A stretch of 64,000 bases of DNA from Dicyema japonicum (GCA_011109175.1 RDEW01000023.1:531225-595224), one strand, 5' to 3'. Positions 12,401 to 25,289 are shown, counted from the stretch's first letter. The notes: generated by a model not told the origin, from the letters alone. Numbers and translations are program-made.

Positions 12401-13225
12401 AATACCAAAGTTAATAAAAATAAGATTAAGAAAACGATGAAAGATCAACTCAAGGTTGACCTGTTAGTCACAAATACAAAAAAGTTGAAAATGAATGAGG
12501 ACCATAATGACTCGAAATCCTCAAAAAACGAGATCAAACAGTTAACTGAGGTCGACAATTCGGTTGACAAAGAATCGATTTATGTAAAAAAATCCGAATG
12601 TAATTCTTTCTACGATTACAGCTATGGAACGAGACTTATCGCGGATAATTTGTATGATATGATCAGCACAAAATCCCTATCTAGTTACAAGAAAGATATA
12701 GTTAAGGAAAATCACGTTCGGAATCAATATACAACTCGGAAGGAACCAACTACACAAAGTGAATCAAACGAATTTTTATTTGTAAGAAAATATCAATGCT
12801 CACTTGGTTCCAAGTCGGCAGATGTTCAGAAAAGAACAGAATTCAAACAGAAAGGTGAAAAAAGGCGACATGTTAATAGTGCAAAATTAAGACAGAAGAA
12901 TACTATTTTAGATCTTTGTTCAGCTTATTCGGCTTCATTATCGAAGGATTGTGATCAATCTCGTATGGGGATTGTTATAGATGAAAATAGTTATTTTGGA
13001 TGCAAAAGTGTCTCATCAAGTAGAAACTCAAATTTGCCAAGTGGATATCATGTGTTTCGCTACCCATTTCAGAATAATTGCAATATTTGTGTGGTTGGGA
13101 TCAAAATTAGAGCTAAATCAAGTAACGCAACAAAAAATGATAAAACTTTTAAGGAAGACTACTTAAATTTACCGAATGCATCGATCTATTTGAGGAATCG
13201 ACTTGATTACTTAAAGAAACTATGA
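6402..13225 (+). CDS. NWD1/NWD2-like DUF4062-NACHT-WD40 protein with a long low-complexity C-terminal extension; multi-exon
   Basis: SVRIFVSSTFTD..ERNAL..VYPKL..YCRE..LEFQ..DMRWG; ELED.FS.DDKVL..W.PP..R.PP; WD-like repeats after ~9.5 kb. Introns of 24-27 nt join the frames, e.g. 6562-6585, and a 24-nt intron near 11852-11875 links to the 11909-13225 ORF. Not every exon was resolved. Confidence 0.85.
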
Positions 13226-13279
13226 TTTTATTATTTTAAAATTCACTCTTTAAACTTGCATTAAATTATATACTTTCAA

Positions 13280-13590
13280 TTAACTCGGGATACACCGACA
13301 AAGAGTTAACAACCAATTAAGTGTATCCAGTTTCCACTTCTACAGAAACAGAGTCTATCCGGAATCAACATAAAGGGTAAAAGACGTCCATACTTGCAGT
13401 TGTGGAAACCCTTCCAGTGGATTGGGGAAGAGCAAATGATCCTTTTTTGTGCCAACCTGGCACTGGGCGCCACCTAGACAGGTGGATCACATGACACCAC
13501 TCTAATAGGAAGAGAGAGGAAGAACAGACGAACAAACAGAAACTTCAACCAATTAGCCACGAAGCACCACATGGCGCCACGCGGCTAACA
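13280..13590 (-). mobile_element. Family B copy 2
   Basis: Colinear and highly similar to 663-970. Confidence 0.85.
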
Positions 13591-13599
13591 TCACAGTTC

Positions 13600-13860
13600 T
13601 ACTAATTAAGTGTACCCAGTTCCCACTGTCACACAAACAGAGTCCTTCCAATGTCGACAAGTCCACTCAGAACTAGCGAAAGGGTATAAGACCTCCATTC
13701 CTAGCAAATGATCCTTTATATATATGCCTCCCTGGCATTGAGAACCACTTGAGACAGGTTGATCACATGATGCTACTCTATTAAAAAAGGAAGAGGAGGA
13801 ACAGAAGAAACAAACAAAAAATCTTCAATCAAGTGATCACATAACACCACGCGGCTAAAG
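13600..13860 (-). mobile_element. Family B copy 3 (diverged, in tandem with copy 2)
   Basis: Shares the head, GTGATC...GGATCAT and GTGG(G)AACTGG(G)TACACTTAATT blocks. Confidence 0.75.
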
Positions 13861-14042
13861 AGGGCGGGAATACTTCTCTACCTTTCTTCTGAAACGGAAG
13901 CATGTAATGGACTATCGGAGGATGGATTTGGTTGGCACTAGCAGACGCTCTTCCTTGGGTTCCTTCCTTAGGTTAATTTGTTGTGATTGTTTGTGCTGGG
14001 CTTACCAAAAGATTGCAAGTCTGGGGTTAATAAGTAAATCAA

Positions 14043-14961
14043 TTAAAGAGAAATAATCCACATGGAAAAACCGAAAAAATAAGCACAAATAGAATAATGT
14101 TTGTATCTCCCTTCAAGACTATAAACGGCGTCAAAGTTCGGAACTCCCAGAAAATTACAGATAGAATGAGCCATCACTGAAGTCAGGATAGTTCCAGTTT
14201 TCAGTCGCAGGTGAGAGGAGTACATGCCAAAGAGTGAGGTGAAAACTATCTGGGAAACTAATCTTTAAATTAATCAATACTGCATTGGGAGATACTGCAG
14301 GATCCTTCCGCCCAGTGAACCACGTGAGCTAACAAAACAGACAAAATAAATACCAAATCCAAATATAGGAGAGATAAAAACCACGAGTTTAAAGTGGCTG
14401 AAATAAGGAGTAAGAATGGTCAGTAGGTATCCCCTGTAAGTCAGTTCCTCAAAAAAGGGCGCCTGTAAATGAAGAACAGATAAATACAAATACACAAATT
14501 CTGATGAAGGGAAGGGTCCAAATTGAAGAATTTGAAGCGAAAAGAGAGTTGCTCAGGGAACTTTTATTTTCAAGGATAAAAGTTAATAGTGGACCAAAGT
14601 AAAGAAGAGAACACTGCAAAATTGGGAGAAGAAAAATACTGACTGGACATTTCAAGGAAAATCCAGTAAAATATAAAAACGATGTCTGCACATAATAACA
14701 AAAAGTAACCAAATCCACGTGGCATTGTCTCCAAAGTACAAAAGTGGTTAAAGTACATGAAAATATTGCTCCATAAATGCGATTAACAACATATTTCCTG
14801 CTATTACTTAAAATAAGCGTAAAGTAAAAGTACACTGAATGCAAATATGAGGAAAACGACACTATCAATGGGAAACTAAGACTGATGAATGCAGCATAAA
14901 TTACTGCTGAATATAATGAAGTGCAACAATTAATTATTGCTCGATTGTCTTTACAAGACAT
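14043..14961 (-). CDS. RCE1: CAAX prenyl protease 2 (Rce1/CPBP family), multi-exon
   Basis: APFFEELTYRG (EExxxR motif), a hydrophobic multi-TM sequence, and AHSICNFLGVP (HxxxN motif). Confidence 0.85.
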
Positions 14962-15146
14962 TTGTTTTAAAATTAATAATTTTATGGATGGGATTTTTAT
15001 TTAATAAATATAATTTTTTATTAAAAAAAATAAACATTGAAAGTACTGACTCGACGATTGACACCGTAATCAGTAAACATCTCATTGCGGAACTGGATTG
15101 TCTACAAAATGACTCACACTCAACAAAAGAAGAAAGAATTGAATAG

Positions 15147-15272
15147 CATTCTTTGGCTCTCTCTCATCGATTTGTTATGATAACTGTTCTTTACTTAAAA
15201 TAGTGTGTTCTGCCTGGGAGGAGCAACAACTAATATGGCTCTTCGTAAAGTGCAGTATTTTATTTATTTTTA
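15147..15272 (+). mobile_element. SINE family A 3' fragment
   Basis: ATAACTGTTCTTTACTTAAAAT...GCCTGGGAGGAGC..CTAATATGGCTCT matches the family A tails. Confidence 0.75.
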
Positions 15273-15289
15273 TTAAAAGTAATAGTTGC

Positions 15290-15580
15290 TCCCACTTCGC
15301 TACTCACGTGATCTTAGGCTTTGTGCCTTCTTCGAATCCTAATAGGTGTCATGTGATCCTAGTCTAATGAGATGCCAAATTCCTGATTGGCATCCAAAAA
15401 GGATCTCTCTTTCTTACTTCACTGGATAGGTTCCTACAGTTGGGGACATGAATGGAGTTGCATGGAAAAGACGCGTCTCACTTCGACCTTGTAAACTGGA
15501 TGCAACTTAATTCGAAGTTAATTAACACATAGCCTTTTCCCGATACATTTGGGGTTATTAAATAAATAAACAGGCAACTG
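15290..15580 (+). mobile_element. Family B copy 4 (diverged)
   Basis: GGTGTCATGTGATCC...GATGCC...CAAAAAGGATC core, hairpin tail and TAAATAAATAAA end. Confidence 0.7.
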
Positions 15581-15599
15581 TGAAAGAAAATATTTTATT

Positions 15600-16400
15600 A
15601 TTAACAACAACATAGAATCTATAATTCTATTTGTGCCGAGTCTGCATGATCCTCAATACTAGTCACTCCCACCCTCTCCTGTTCGATGCGAGGCTCCGCA
15701 GACTACTGAGGACTTCACCGTCCTTAGTGTTCTGTTGACTCAGGTCATTTAGGACTTCGGAAAGCGTTGTAAGCAGATGTTTCGAACAATTCTTCTATGA
15801 TGATGTTTGCTGGCATGTCTCTCTCCATTTCTAGAAGGTTACCAAACGATTTCCAGCGCGTCTTCATCATCAGTGTGCTCAGATATCCAGAGGAGTTTCT
15901 TCTGTGGAATGGTTCACCCCTTACACGCATTGGTCACTTTAATCCCAAGAGAGATCGAAGTTGCTTTCTATGAAGTGAGTCGAGCCATCGGTTTTCGAGA
16001 TTTTCCATTTGCCAGAGTTGTAAGTAAGGATCGGTTTCATGAAAACCTCGTACAACCTGAAGCAGAGTGATGGAGAGACGTCTTTAATCCATCCTTTCAT
16101 AAACATTTGCATGGTCACTGTAGATAAAAATTTCCTTCTCGGAATGTCTTCGGAGTCCTCGAGAAGGGAGCCAAGCATTATTTTCTTCCTGCATGGTTTC
16201 ATTCGCTTGATCTCGACGATATCCATTTTCGAGGTGTTCATTTTATAGAGACCATTTACCAGGCGGTCTGGTGCTACCTCCAGGAGACGTCGAAGTGCTT
16301 TTTTGTTACTTGAAACAAAGTCAACATCATCACCGTAAACAATTTCCATAATATCGTCACTGTAATAACCCCTGAGATTTCGTAAAGCTAATTAAAGGTA
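15600..16400 (-). mobile_element. RTE-clade LINE 3' fragment
   Basis: YGDDVDFVS (YADD-like), LGSLLEDSEDIPRRK and KPILTYNSGKW, all homologous to 38596-39327. Confidence 0.8.
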
Positions 16401-16585
16401 TACAGCGAAAAAAACCGGAAAAAATTTTCAGTTTTAATCGCTAATAATCAAAAAACTCTGAAGAGTATGATCGTCTCGTATAACAAGATAACCTTTTACA
16501 GCGAAAAAAACCGGAAAAAATTTTCAGTTTTAATCGCTAATAATCAAAAAACTCTGAAGAGTATGATCGTCTCGTATAACAAGAT

Positions 16586-19390
16586 AACCTCTACGTCCAA
16601 TCCAAGAGGAATGTCTTTCTTGGACGGTCTCCCCACTGGCCTCTCTCTCCTGCCTTGATGGAAGCCCACCTAATGCTTTCCGGCGATGTGAACCCCAATC
16701 CTGGACCACGAAAACCCATTATTTTGATTCAACTAAACATAAATGGAGTGAAAGGGAAGATCCTCGAACTCAGAAAACTCTTAAAAAGGTATAATATCGA
16801 TATTTGCCTACTCCAAGAAACAAGACTGACTCCGTCTTCTTCCACTCCCGTCTTCCCAAACTATCACGTCATCAGGCGCGACCGCCCAGTTGGGCGGGGT
16901 GGTGGACTGCATACCCTTATCAAAAAAGAAATTCCGTACGCAAACGAAACTTTTGTCAACCTCAAGTCTCCCGTCGAATATATTGGTATTTCAGTCAAGA
17001 CAGCATCGGAAACATAAACATATTGAATGTGTATGTGCCACCGCCCAACTCATGCCCCAAGGAATTCAGGTTCTCCTTATCAGACATCGAAAAATCAAAA
17101 AATATGTTACTTTGTGGAGACCTAAATGCAAAGCATCCGACATGGTTCAAGAACCAACCATGCGATGACAGAAGAAACCAATTGTTATCGAATCTGGATG
17201 ACCTGATAATATTAAACAACCCTAAATTCAATACAAGGACTCCCTATAGACCGAATGACAGGACGTCGTCCCCCGATCTTACTCTTGCCTCACCAAACAT
17301 CGCAACATTAACAAAATGGACAGTACTATACGAGACCAGCAGTGACCATAATCCCGTTATGATTACGTTTGAAGAAAGAGTGTCAATTGTAAAGAAACCT
17401 GTTTTATTTACCGACTACAAAAATGTCGACTGGAAAAAGTTCTCAAATTTTGTCGACTATTATCAACTTGACTTTCATTTATCCAATTTCAACTCCATCG
17501 ATAAAGCACTACACTATTTTAATAGAGTGGCACGCGAGGGAATGAAAATTTGTATTAAAAGAAGACCACTGACCTCAAGAAAGAATTCTTCCCCCAGAGT
17601 CGATCCACTCATAAAAGAAAGAAATTACCTAAAAAGCCTCCAAAAGCAATTCTGGGAAAGAAGATTGAGAATTCGTACATTAGAAAAAGAGATCAGGAAC
17701 AATGCAAAGAAACAAGAGAAAGTTTGGAAAAACCTCATGTCCAATTTAAAGAAGCAGAACTCCCTTACAAAAACGTGGAAAACACTTAGAAGCTTTAGTA
17801 ACGCTGACAACCCGGCCACACGTGATGAAAAGAAAAACAAGATCTTCCTAAACACACTTATGAAGTACTACTCTTCCACGAGTTTCATCCCACACAAGAA
17901 ATTCGAAGGTCCATTAATCCTAGCCCTCAAACCTAAAAGAGCCACCTCTCCGATTGTCCTCTCTGTGGAGAACGTACAGAATATGGTCAAGGGTCAAAAG
18001 TCGAATTATTCTTGTGGTCCGGACGGAATTCCTGCAATAGTTTTGAAAAACATAGGCCCCTATGCTATCATGGCCCTCACAAACATTTTCAATTTTTCAA
18101 TCAACGAAAATTGTATTCCTTCTATATGGAAGCTATCAAACATACGACCAATCCTGAAACCCGGGCGACCAAAGAAATCACCAGCCTCATACAGACCAAT
18201 ATCTCTCCTATGTGTTACATCAAAACTTTTGGAAAAGCTGATTCTTGAACTAATCAAATCATACCTTCCTGATGCACCTTTTCAACACGGATTCAGAAAA
18301 AGACACTCCACAGAAACGCATCTTACATGCCTTACAAATTTCATCAAGGATGGACTAAAGCGCAAACCTCATCAGAAGTCTTCGTTATGCTCCATCTATG
18401 TAGAAAATTCTTTTAATACTGTCCCAAGAAAGCTTTTGACAAGGAAGATCTTTACGTCAAAAATTCCGAACAACCTGAAAATCTGGATCGCTAATTTCCT
18501 AAATGGAAGAAGAGGAAGAGTAACTGCTGGAAAAACTAGATCAGTGACCAAGTTCCTTCCAAATGGAGTCCCTCAAGGATCTCCACTTTCACCACATTTA
18601 TTCAACCTATTTTTGAATGATATGCCCTCCCATACCAGTGACGATACTCTGGTTTTGACATATGCGGATGATATAATCGTCGCAGTCAAAGACCAGTGCG
18701 TTAATACTGCTGTTTACCGGATACAAGCTTTATTGGACGATCTGAACTGTTGGCTCGTTAAGAACATTCTACATACAAGTCCCGAAAAGTCTTATACAAC
18801 AATTTTCACAACAAACAGAAGATTGACAAACTCCGCTCCATGTGTAACCATAAATGGAAACTCAATCCCCACGACCAACTCGGTCAAGATACTGGGCGTA
18901 ACTTACGACCCACTCTTGACCTTCAGCAAACACATCGACAACGTCATCTCTTCGGCACAACAAAGGCTAAATTTTGTTAAAACACTCCTTGGACAATAAT
19001 GGGTGTTTCAACTCAAATTTGGACTCGCTCTACGTGCAGTATATTCAACCGTCTCTAACTTACGGGTGTGCTGCATTGGGAACCAACCTATCAAACAGGA
19101 ATATATAAAAAATCAATACCTTCCAAAAAATGGCCAGTAAGGCTTTGCAAAGGTTTTCTTGGAAACCTCTAAACCCTACACCCTTTGAGGAATTAGTGAG
19201 GAAAACCGAAGCCTTACTACCCTCCAAAAAAGTTAGAAACCCCCACCCAATCCGGAAATGTGTTGGAACCCAGGAAGAACATCGAGCAAGAATAAGATGG
19301 CTACTCGAGGCGGTCAGAATCACCTGACGGCTATGTAGTTAATTAATTCGTCGGTGATTTTTGGTTTTTAATAATAATAATAATTAACAA
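16586..19390 (+). mobile_element. Near full-length single-ORF APE-RT LINE with an N-terminal 2A-like peptide (Ingi/Vingi-like architecture); frameshift at ~17010 and stop at ~18999
   Basis: LMLSGDVNPNPGP; APE motifs QLNING, LLQET, LCGDLNAKH, SSDHNP; RT motifs GVPQGSPLSP and YADD; tail ends in (TAA)n. Confidence 0.9.
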
Positions 19391-19568
19391 ACTTCTTAAT
19401 TGTTTGCTGCCGAACATCAATGGAAGCGAAATTTCTCTATCTCGTAAATTTGAAAACCATAATACCTTTTTTTCCTGGTCGACCTTCAATTTACAGTCAT
19501 GTCAGATCCATATGACTGATCTCTGGGACTTCCGTCTTTTATTGCTAATCACACGTTATCCCCTGATT

Positions 19569-20030
19569 GGTCGGGTAACGCAGTGTAACGAGTGACGGGC
19601 GAGAGAGACCTGATAACCCTAGTTCGAATCCCTCTGCTTACATTTCGGGTGAAGGGTCCACGTATCTACTATGCTTTGGCTTGACGGGTGACGCGTCATC
19701 AGTGAACATCTCACTACGGAACCAGATCGTCTATAGAGGACATACACCCAACAAAAAAAAGTGGAGAGCATTCCTTAGTTCTACGATTAATTATCATAAC
19801 TGTTCTTTACTTAAAATAAAGTGTGTGTCTTGCCTGAGCGGAACTATAGATAATATTACTCTGCGTAAAAGTACAGTTTTTAAGCGGAAGTTACAGTTGA
19901 GAGCGTCTCCATTTGTACTGGAAAGAGCATCGAGCGGAACTATAGATAATATTACTCTGCGTAAAAGTGCAGTTTTTAAGCGGAAGTTACAGCTGAGACC
20001 GTCTCCATTTGTACTGGAAAGAGCATCAGG
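19569..20030 (+). mobile_element. SINE family A copy with an 88-bp tandem duplication at the 3' end
   Basis: B box AGTTCGAATCC and conserved body; 19843-19930 is repeated at 19931-20020. Confidence 0.8.
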
Positions 20031-20199
20031 ACCAAAGGGATGCGTAGACTTTGGGATCCTTGCTGAAATAGTTCGGAATGAACGACATTATGAGATTAAA
20101 CTGACTCAAGGTCCAGTCTTCATTTTGCTGAGAAATTTCTCTGATGAGACCAAGAGAGGGAGAGCAATGACAGATTTCAAATGCACATCAAGATGCCTG

Positions 20200-21350
20200 G
20201 GAAGTCTAATGCAGCCTAGATGAAAAAAATTTATGCACTTTGCACAAGGCAAACATCATTTTCGCGTAATGACTGGAAAAACCATGGAACCCATAAGCAA
20301 CAGCAAAGAACTCGAATTTACGAACTCTTCTAAAAATACACTTGGTAAATGGAGACTTCGAAGAAACGTCACGCATAGATATCCTTAGGTCAGAGAGCAC
20401 CAGCCCAAATACCCGACATTGTAAAACCCCCTATACCGAAGTAATAAAAGGAGGGATCATTTTTAGTTGCCGGCCAGGAATTGGGGGTCTTTGGTAATAA
20501 AAATCTAAGAATTGAAGAAGGCTGAAAAGGAAAAAAATCCTATTTTAGATGCAGACGCTATTTTTCAAAAATGATATTATTGAAGAGAGGAGTCCCACAG
20601 GTATGAATTTTGAGCCCTCTATTGTTTAATGTTCTAATGGCCGGTTTCCCGTGTCCGTCTACACCGAGTACGAGATCTCTGATATAGGCAGACGACGTGC
20701 TATTGTCTGATGTGTCTAGATCGAACATGATCTCAGAGAAGAGACTCAATGTGTACATGGAAGAGATAAAAAACTGGTGCGGTCTTCATGGGTTAAAACT
20801 GTCAGAAGAAAAATCTAGTGCAATGAGGTTCTTTGGTAGGAATGGTAAAGGAAATCGGAAAGACTTCGTATGCGGAATCAACATTGTGAGCTCCCTGAAG
20901 TATCTCGAAACAGCTTTTGAGAAATCTGAAAGCATGATGTGGATTTTAAACTCAAAAGGAAGAAAGCCCACCATGCGATATTGTGTATGAAAAAAATTGA
21001 GACTCGATACGGATATGTTTTTATTTATTTTTTCACGTACGATCATTCCATTGCTCCTTTATGGACTGGAAGGATGGTATAACATGAGCGTTTTATCTTG
21101 CTTCTTGAAAAATTGAGGAGAGCAAGGATGAAGATTGCCCTACACAAAAGGCTCGACAAGAAGCTAGATGAAGATGAAAATTTGCTAGTAATGTCGATAA
21201 GAGATGCAGCAGAAAAAAAATGGAAAACTAGCTGAAAAGAGATGCCATCACTGACTCGTATGTTGCAGCACAGAATAAACGATATAAAAGGTCTGAGAGC
21301 ACAGAGAAGATTCCAAGCGTTTTCAGGACTTGCGGCATGAGGCCAAATAA
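20200..21350 (+). mobile_element. Decayed non-LTR RT fragment
   Basis: RGVPQV*ILSPLLFNVL and *ADDVLL, with in-frame stops. Confidence 0.65.
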
Positions 21351-21578
21351 CCCTCCATCTTTAATTTTTCATTGCTAATAAAGTTGTTAGTTAAATTTAA
21401 AGAAGGCTGAAAGCAAGAAAAAAAACCTTCAACAAAATTGATAGAAATGCGAGAATGAAACCACATTTTAATACGAGGCGAGGGGGCTGACCACTAAATT
21501 ACAGCGATAATCAATTTTTTCAATAGTAATTTAAAAATATGGATTTTCCCGTGACAAATATATTTTAAACATAAATTA

Positions 21579-22983
21579 TTAAATGTTGTGACTTTTAAAA
21601 CACTGATACATAATGGCAATAGTGCGAAGAAACTGAGTGTCTTTTGGCTTGTCAAGACCACGAGAAATTGCTTTTCTTAGCAAAGACAAAAATTCGTGGT
21701 TACTCAAATGTCCGTCGCCTACATTAAAGTAAATTAACATCACCATTTTCGTCCAAAACAGTGAAAAGAATTTCAACCATGACGGGGGACAGCTCACGAC
21801 CGGTCACAATACGGCTCAGTCTCTTAAGTGAGTCCCTATCAAAAGTAACATCAGCAAGGTCGTAAAAGTCGAGGACCAGAACAAGATCATCTATTCTGGT
21901 GAGAAGATCGACAAAATGAGAATAGTCTTCATATGAAACGTATAACTCGTCTTTATGCGATTTCAACCTTTTGAGGACATTTCTTTTCTTAGCAGAAGAC
22001 ATATGGGTGTAGTACGAGAAGTTTTCAGCAAAATTCAATGCGGAAATCTGATAAACAGAAAAACGGTGAAACTGCGATAATTGTCATAGGTTACCTCAAA
22101 ATCGGCCATATCTTTTTGAAGTCGCGATAAAAAATGTACAAACTGCTCCAATTTAATCCCTCCGTCCAAAGAGTCCCCAAATAAGTATTTCTCCACAGAA
22201 CAAACTCCTTTCTGTGAGCTTGTATGTGTTCCATGAGTAGTGTCTCGATGTCTGCTACCAATACTTGACCTTTTAAGAACTAGTTCTTTCATCTTTAGGA
22301 TTATGCAGGACTTAACCTTTTTGAACTCATCCAATGTTATAAAACCATTCGAATCCAAATCCATCATATTAAAGCACACCTCAACGTGCCAAAGGGGGAC
22401 TAGGGCTGTATAAGAATCGTTAACTTGAAATAAGCGCAGTAATCAGCAGATAATCAACAAATTCAATAACCCCCTTCTTAAATATATCGCCCATCAAAGT
22501 CCCTGTATGTTTACTATCCTTCAATTCTTCTAATTTCCTTATGTTGACAGTCCTGAACTGGTCAAGTCCATAGTCTGCCATTAACGGGAAAATTACTATT
22601 GGGTTGTTTCTCGCCGGGGGTGATGGCTCGATAAAAATCATCGATTGTCATATAAACGGATTCTCCAACACGCAATGTGGCAAAGTACCTAAAGATTTTA
22701 TCGGGAGTTGAGAAGGTCCGTATTCTGTTTTCATATTCAGCAATCTGGGAATAATATCTTTAATAACCTTCTGATCACGGAAGGATAGCTCCTTTTTAGC
22801 TTCTCTAAGAATTTATAATAGACCTTACTCTGTATCGGATATACCAGCATAGAGTGCAGTACCAGCAGCCATTGAACTTATGAAGACTTTACGGCCATAT
22901 GATTTTGATGGCTTTCTAAGACTACGGAAAGATGTCATCGGTCGAATATTGTTATATGTAATTCTTAACAAGCGAAAGAACAT
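21579..22983 (-). CDS. MICU1: Calcium uptake protein 1, mitochondrial (EF-hand), multi-exon
   Basis: Arg-rich presequence [10 protein letters not shown]..; [20 protein letters not shown]; [13 protein letters not shown]; C-terminal [12 protein letters not shown]. Introns of 23-24 nt were checked at the 5' end. Confidence 0.93.
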
Positions 22984-23099
22984 TAATTTTGATTAATGAC
23001 TCACAACAATTTTATTTTTAAAATAATTTCGCTTTTTATATTAATAAGTTAATATATTATACTAAATTTAATCTATATTATTCATAAGAGCTCTGTGTG

Positions 23100-23650
23100 G
23101 AAGGTAAAAAGGGTATTTTAGTTGCTATGAAGAAAAAGGATTTGTAAAAGCGCCAAACACTATTGCCTGGACGCTTGATAGTAGCTTGCCTCCTACATGC
23201 TAATGAGGTCTGGGGTAACTAACTGCATATTGTTCATTAGTAGAGAGAAACAATATTGTTTACAGTGTGTTTTTCAAATGTCCTGAACTACTACCCTCTC
23301 TGTCTACCGCATCAAATTTGACCGATCTATGGGAGCTACCGGTATTTGCCGCGTTCCACCTGGTCTTATATAAGTTAATGAGGCCGAGGTTACTTAACCA
23401 ACTACTAAATTAGAGTTTTGTCGAACACCTCTCTTAATGTTTTCGTCTTTATCATACTCTCAGTCTAGTGGAAAGGATAGTAAAGAGTGTGGTGCAAGCA
23501 AAATCCTTAGAATTCATATGGTTATAAGAAGAGTACAGGCGCTTTTAACTAAGTAGAGAAAACATCATGCGGAACTAAAACAGTATTTACCAAGATTAGA
23601 AGGTCGACAAACTCTGCATTAACCATAATTCTTAATGGCTAACAAATCCA
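23100..23650 (-). mobile_element. Very decayed non-LTR RT C-terminal relic
   Basis: Fragments resembling LY..V.P.LEY and A.R.VFGAF motifs. Confidence 0.3.
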
Positions 23651-24054
23651 TTGAACGAACACAGTGAAAATATTGAGAGTCGATTTACTCATAAATTTTG
23701 GGAAACGTGTAAACAACGTTATCCTTTTTTCTCAAAAATCCAGGAAAGCGGGAGCAGTTAATTATCCAGGTGCATCTTCAGCGATACAAGCTGAAAATGG
23801 TCATTTTTGGTTTTACAAAAATAAAAGCAACGCCAGCTCGTTGAACACCAGTCAAAAAACCCTTACATTCAATTATTGATGGTTAAGAGAACTCGAGAAA
23901 TCAAAAGTGTCTAATATAGAAACGAGAAGTAAAGCTAAAGAAAGGACATTTATATCAATCAGTTATTATGAAACCCATGAGGTTATGAAGTAAACGATGG
24001 CCTGTGTATTGATAGATTCATTCAATCAAATAAGCCCAAGTATAGAAATCTATA

Positions 24055-24382
24055 ATAATAATACTGCATTTTACAAAGAGCCATATTAGCTATAGCTCCT
24101 CCCAGGCTAAACACATACTTTATCTTTAAGTAGAGAACAGTTATCATGACTAATCTTGAGAGAGAGAACAGAGGAATGTTTTCACTTATTTTTTCTTTTT
24201 GTTGGATGTGAGTCGTTTATAGATGATCCAGTTCTGTAGTGAGATGTTTACTGATGACGGCGTCACTCGTCAAGTCAAAGCATCGTAGATGCGGGAACCT
24301 ACAGCCTGAATGTACAACAGTGATTTCGAACTAGGGGCCATCAGGGCTTTTGCCGGCACTCGTTACATTACGCCACACATAG
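24055..24382 (-). mobile_element. SINE family A copy (most complete)
   Basis: A-box TGGCGTAATG, B-box AGTTCGAAAT, body, RTE-like tail and (TAT)n end. Confidence 0.85.
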
Positions 24383-25289
24383 AAATCTATATGATACGCA
24401 AAACTGGTCCGTCTAGTAACAAATCAACTGTATTTGTTGTTTCCCGAGTTTGTCAATCAATCAATATTTAAAATACGAAAAAGAATTAAAAAAGTTAATA
24501 AATACAATCCGTCCCAATAAATTACTCTCAAAGGCAAGCCTAGCCACACTTGCAGATTTTTCACAGTAAATAACTTGAATCTCTTTCATCATTTTCTTCT
24601 GTCAAAATCTAGAGCAAACAACATCCTCCAATAACATGTCCCTAGCCTCAAGTGCCATTTATGCAAAATATAATTTATGACTAATATTTATTGGATTCAA
24701 TGTTTTTGCCTTCCACTAGATAATAAAAAAACAGAACAATTTTCGTCGATTGAACTATTTTTTAAAATAATCGAATTAGATTTTATGGATAGGACAAGTG
24801 TCATTTAAGGAGTCGATTTTTATGAATGTATCATATTCTGCTTATTTGAGGTTGGAGATTTACGATTCAAAATTCTTTCATCAAAAGTACCATAAGGGTC
24901 AGCGGACCCATGATATTTCTTACATAATTGTTACATTTTTGTGGGGTAGGATTACGTCGTAGGCTTAATTTTTGTTACTAGTTAATCTTCTTTAGGAAAT
25001 CTGATCTCTCCCTTGTTATATTTATTTTTTTTATATTTATTAGTAGTGGACCCAACGAAGACTTCTCGGTCGAAGTGGAACGTATCCTTTTTAACCATCA
25101 TGTCCTTTACACGTATCTTTCATTATGTGAACCACTTTATTGGAGTAGGGAAAAGAGGGTCCTGCTTGGATGCCCAGGAATTGGCCGTCTCCTATGTGGA
25201 TCCATGATAACTATAGGAACTGAAAAAATCAAAGAGCTGAGAAGAAATCTTTCGACAACTAGGTAGCGGTGTGGAAAATCTACTTTATT

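Noticed and set aside
21300-21315. ACAGAGAAGATT, the U6 snRNA box
   Set aside because: The flanks do not match U6 and the site lies in a LINE relic.
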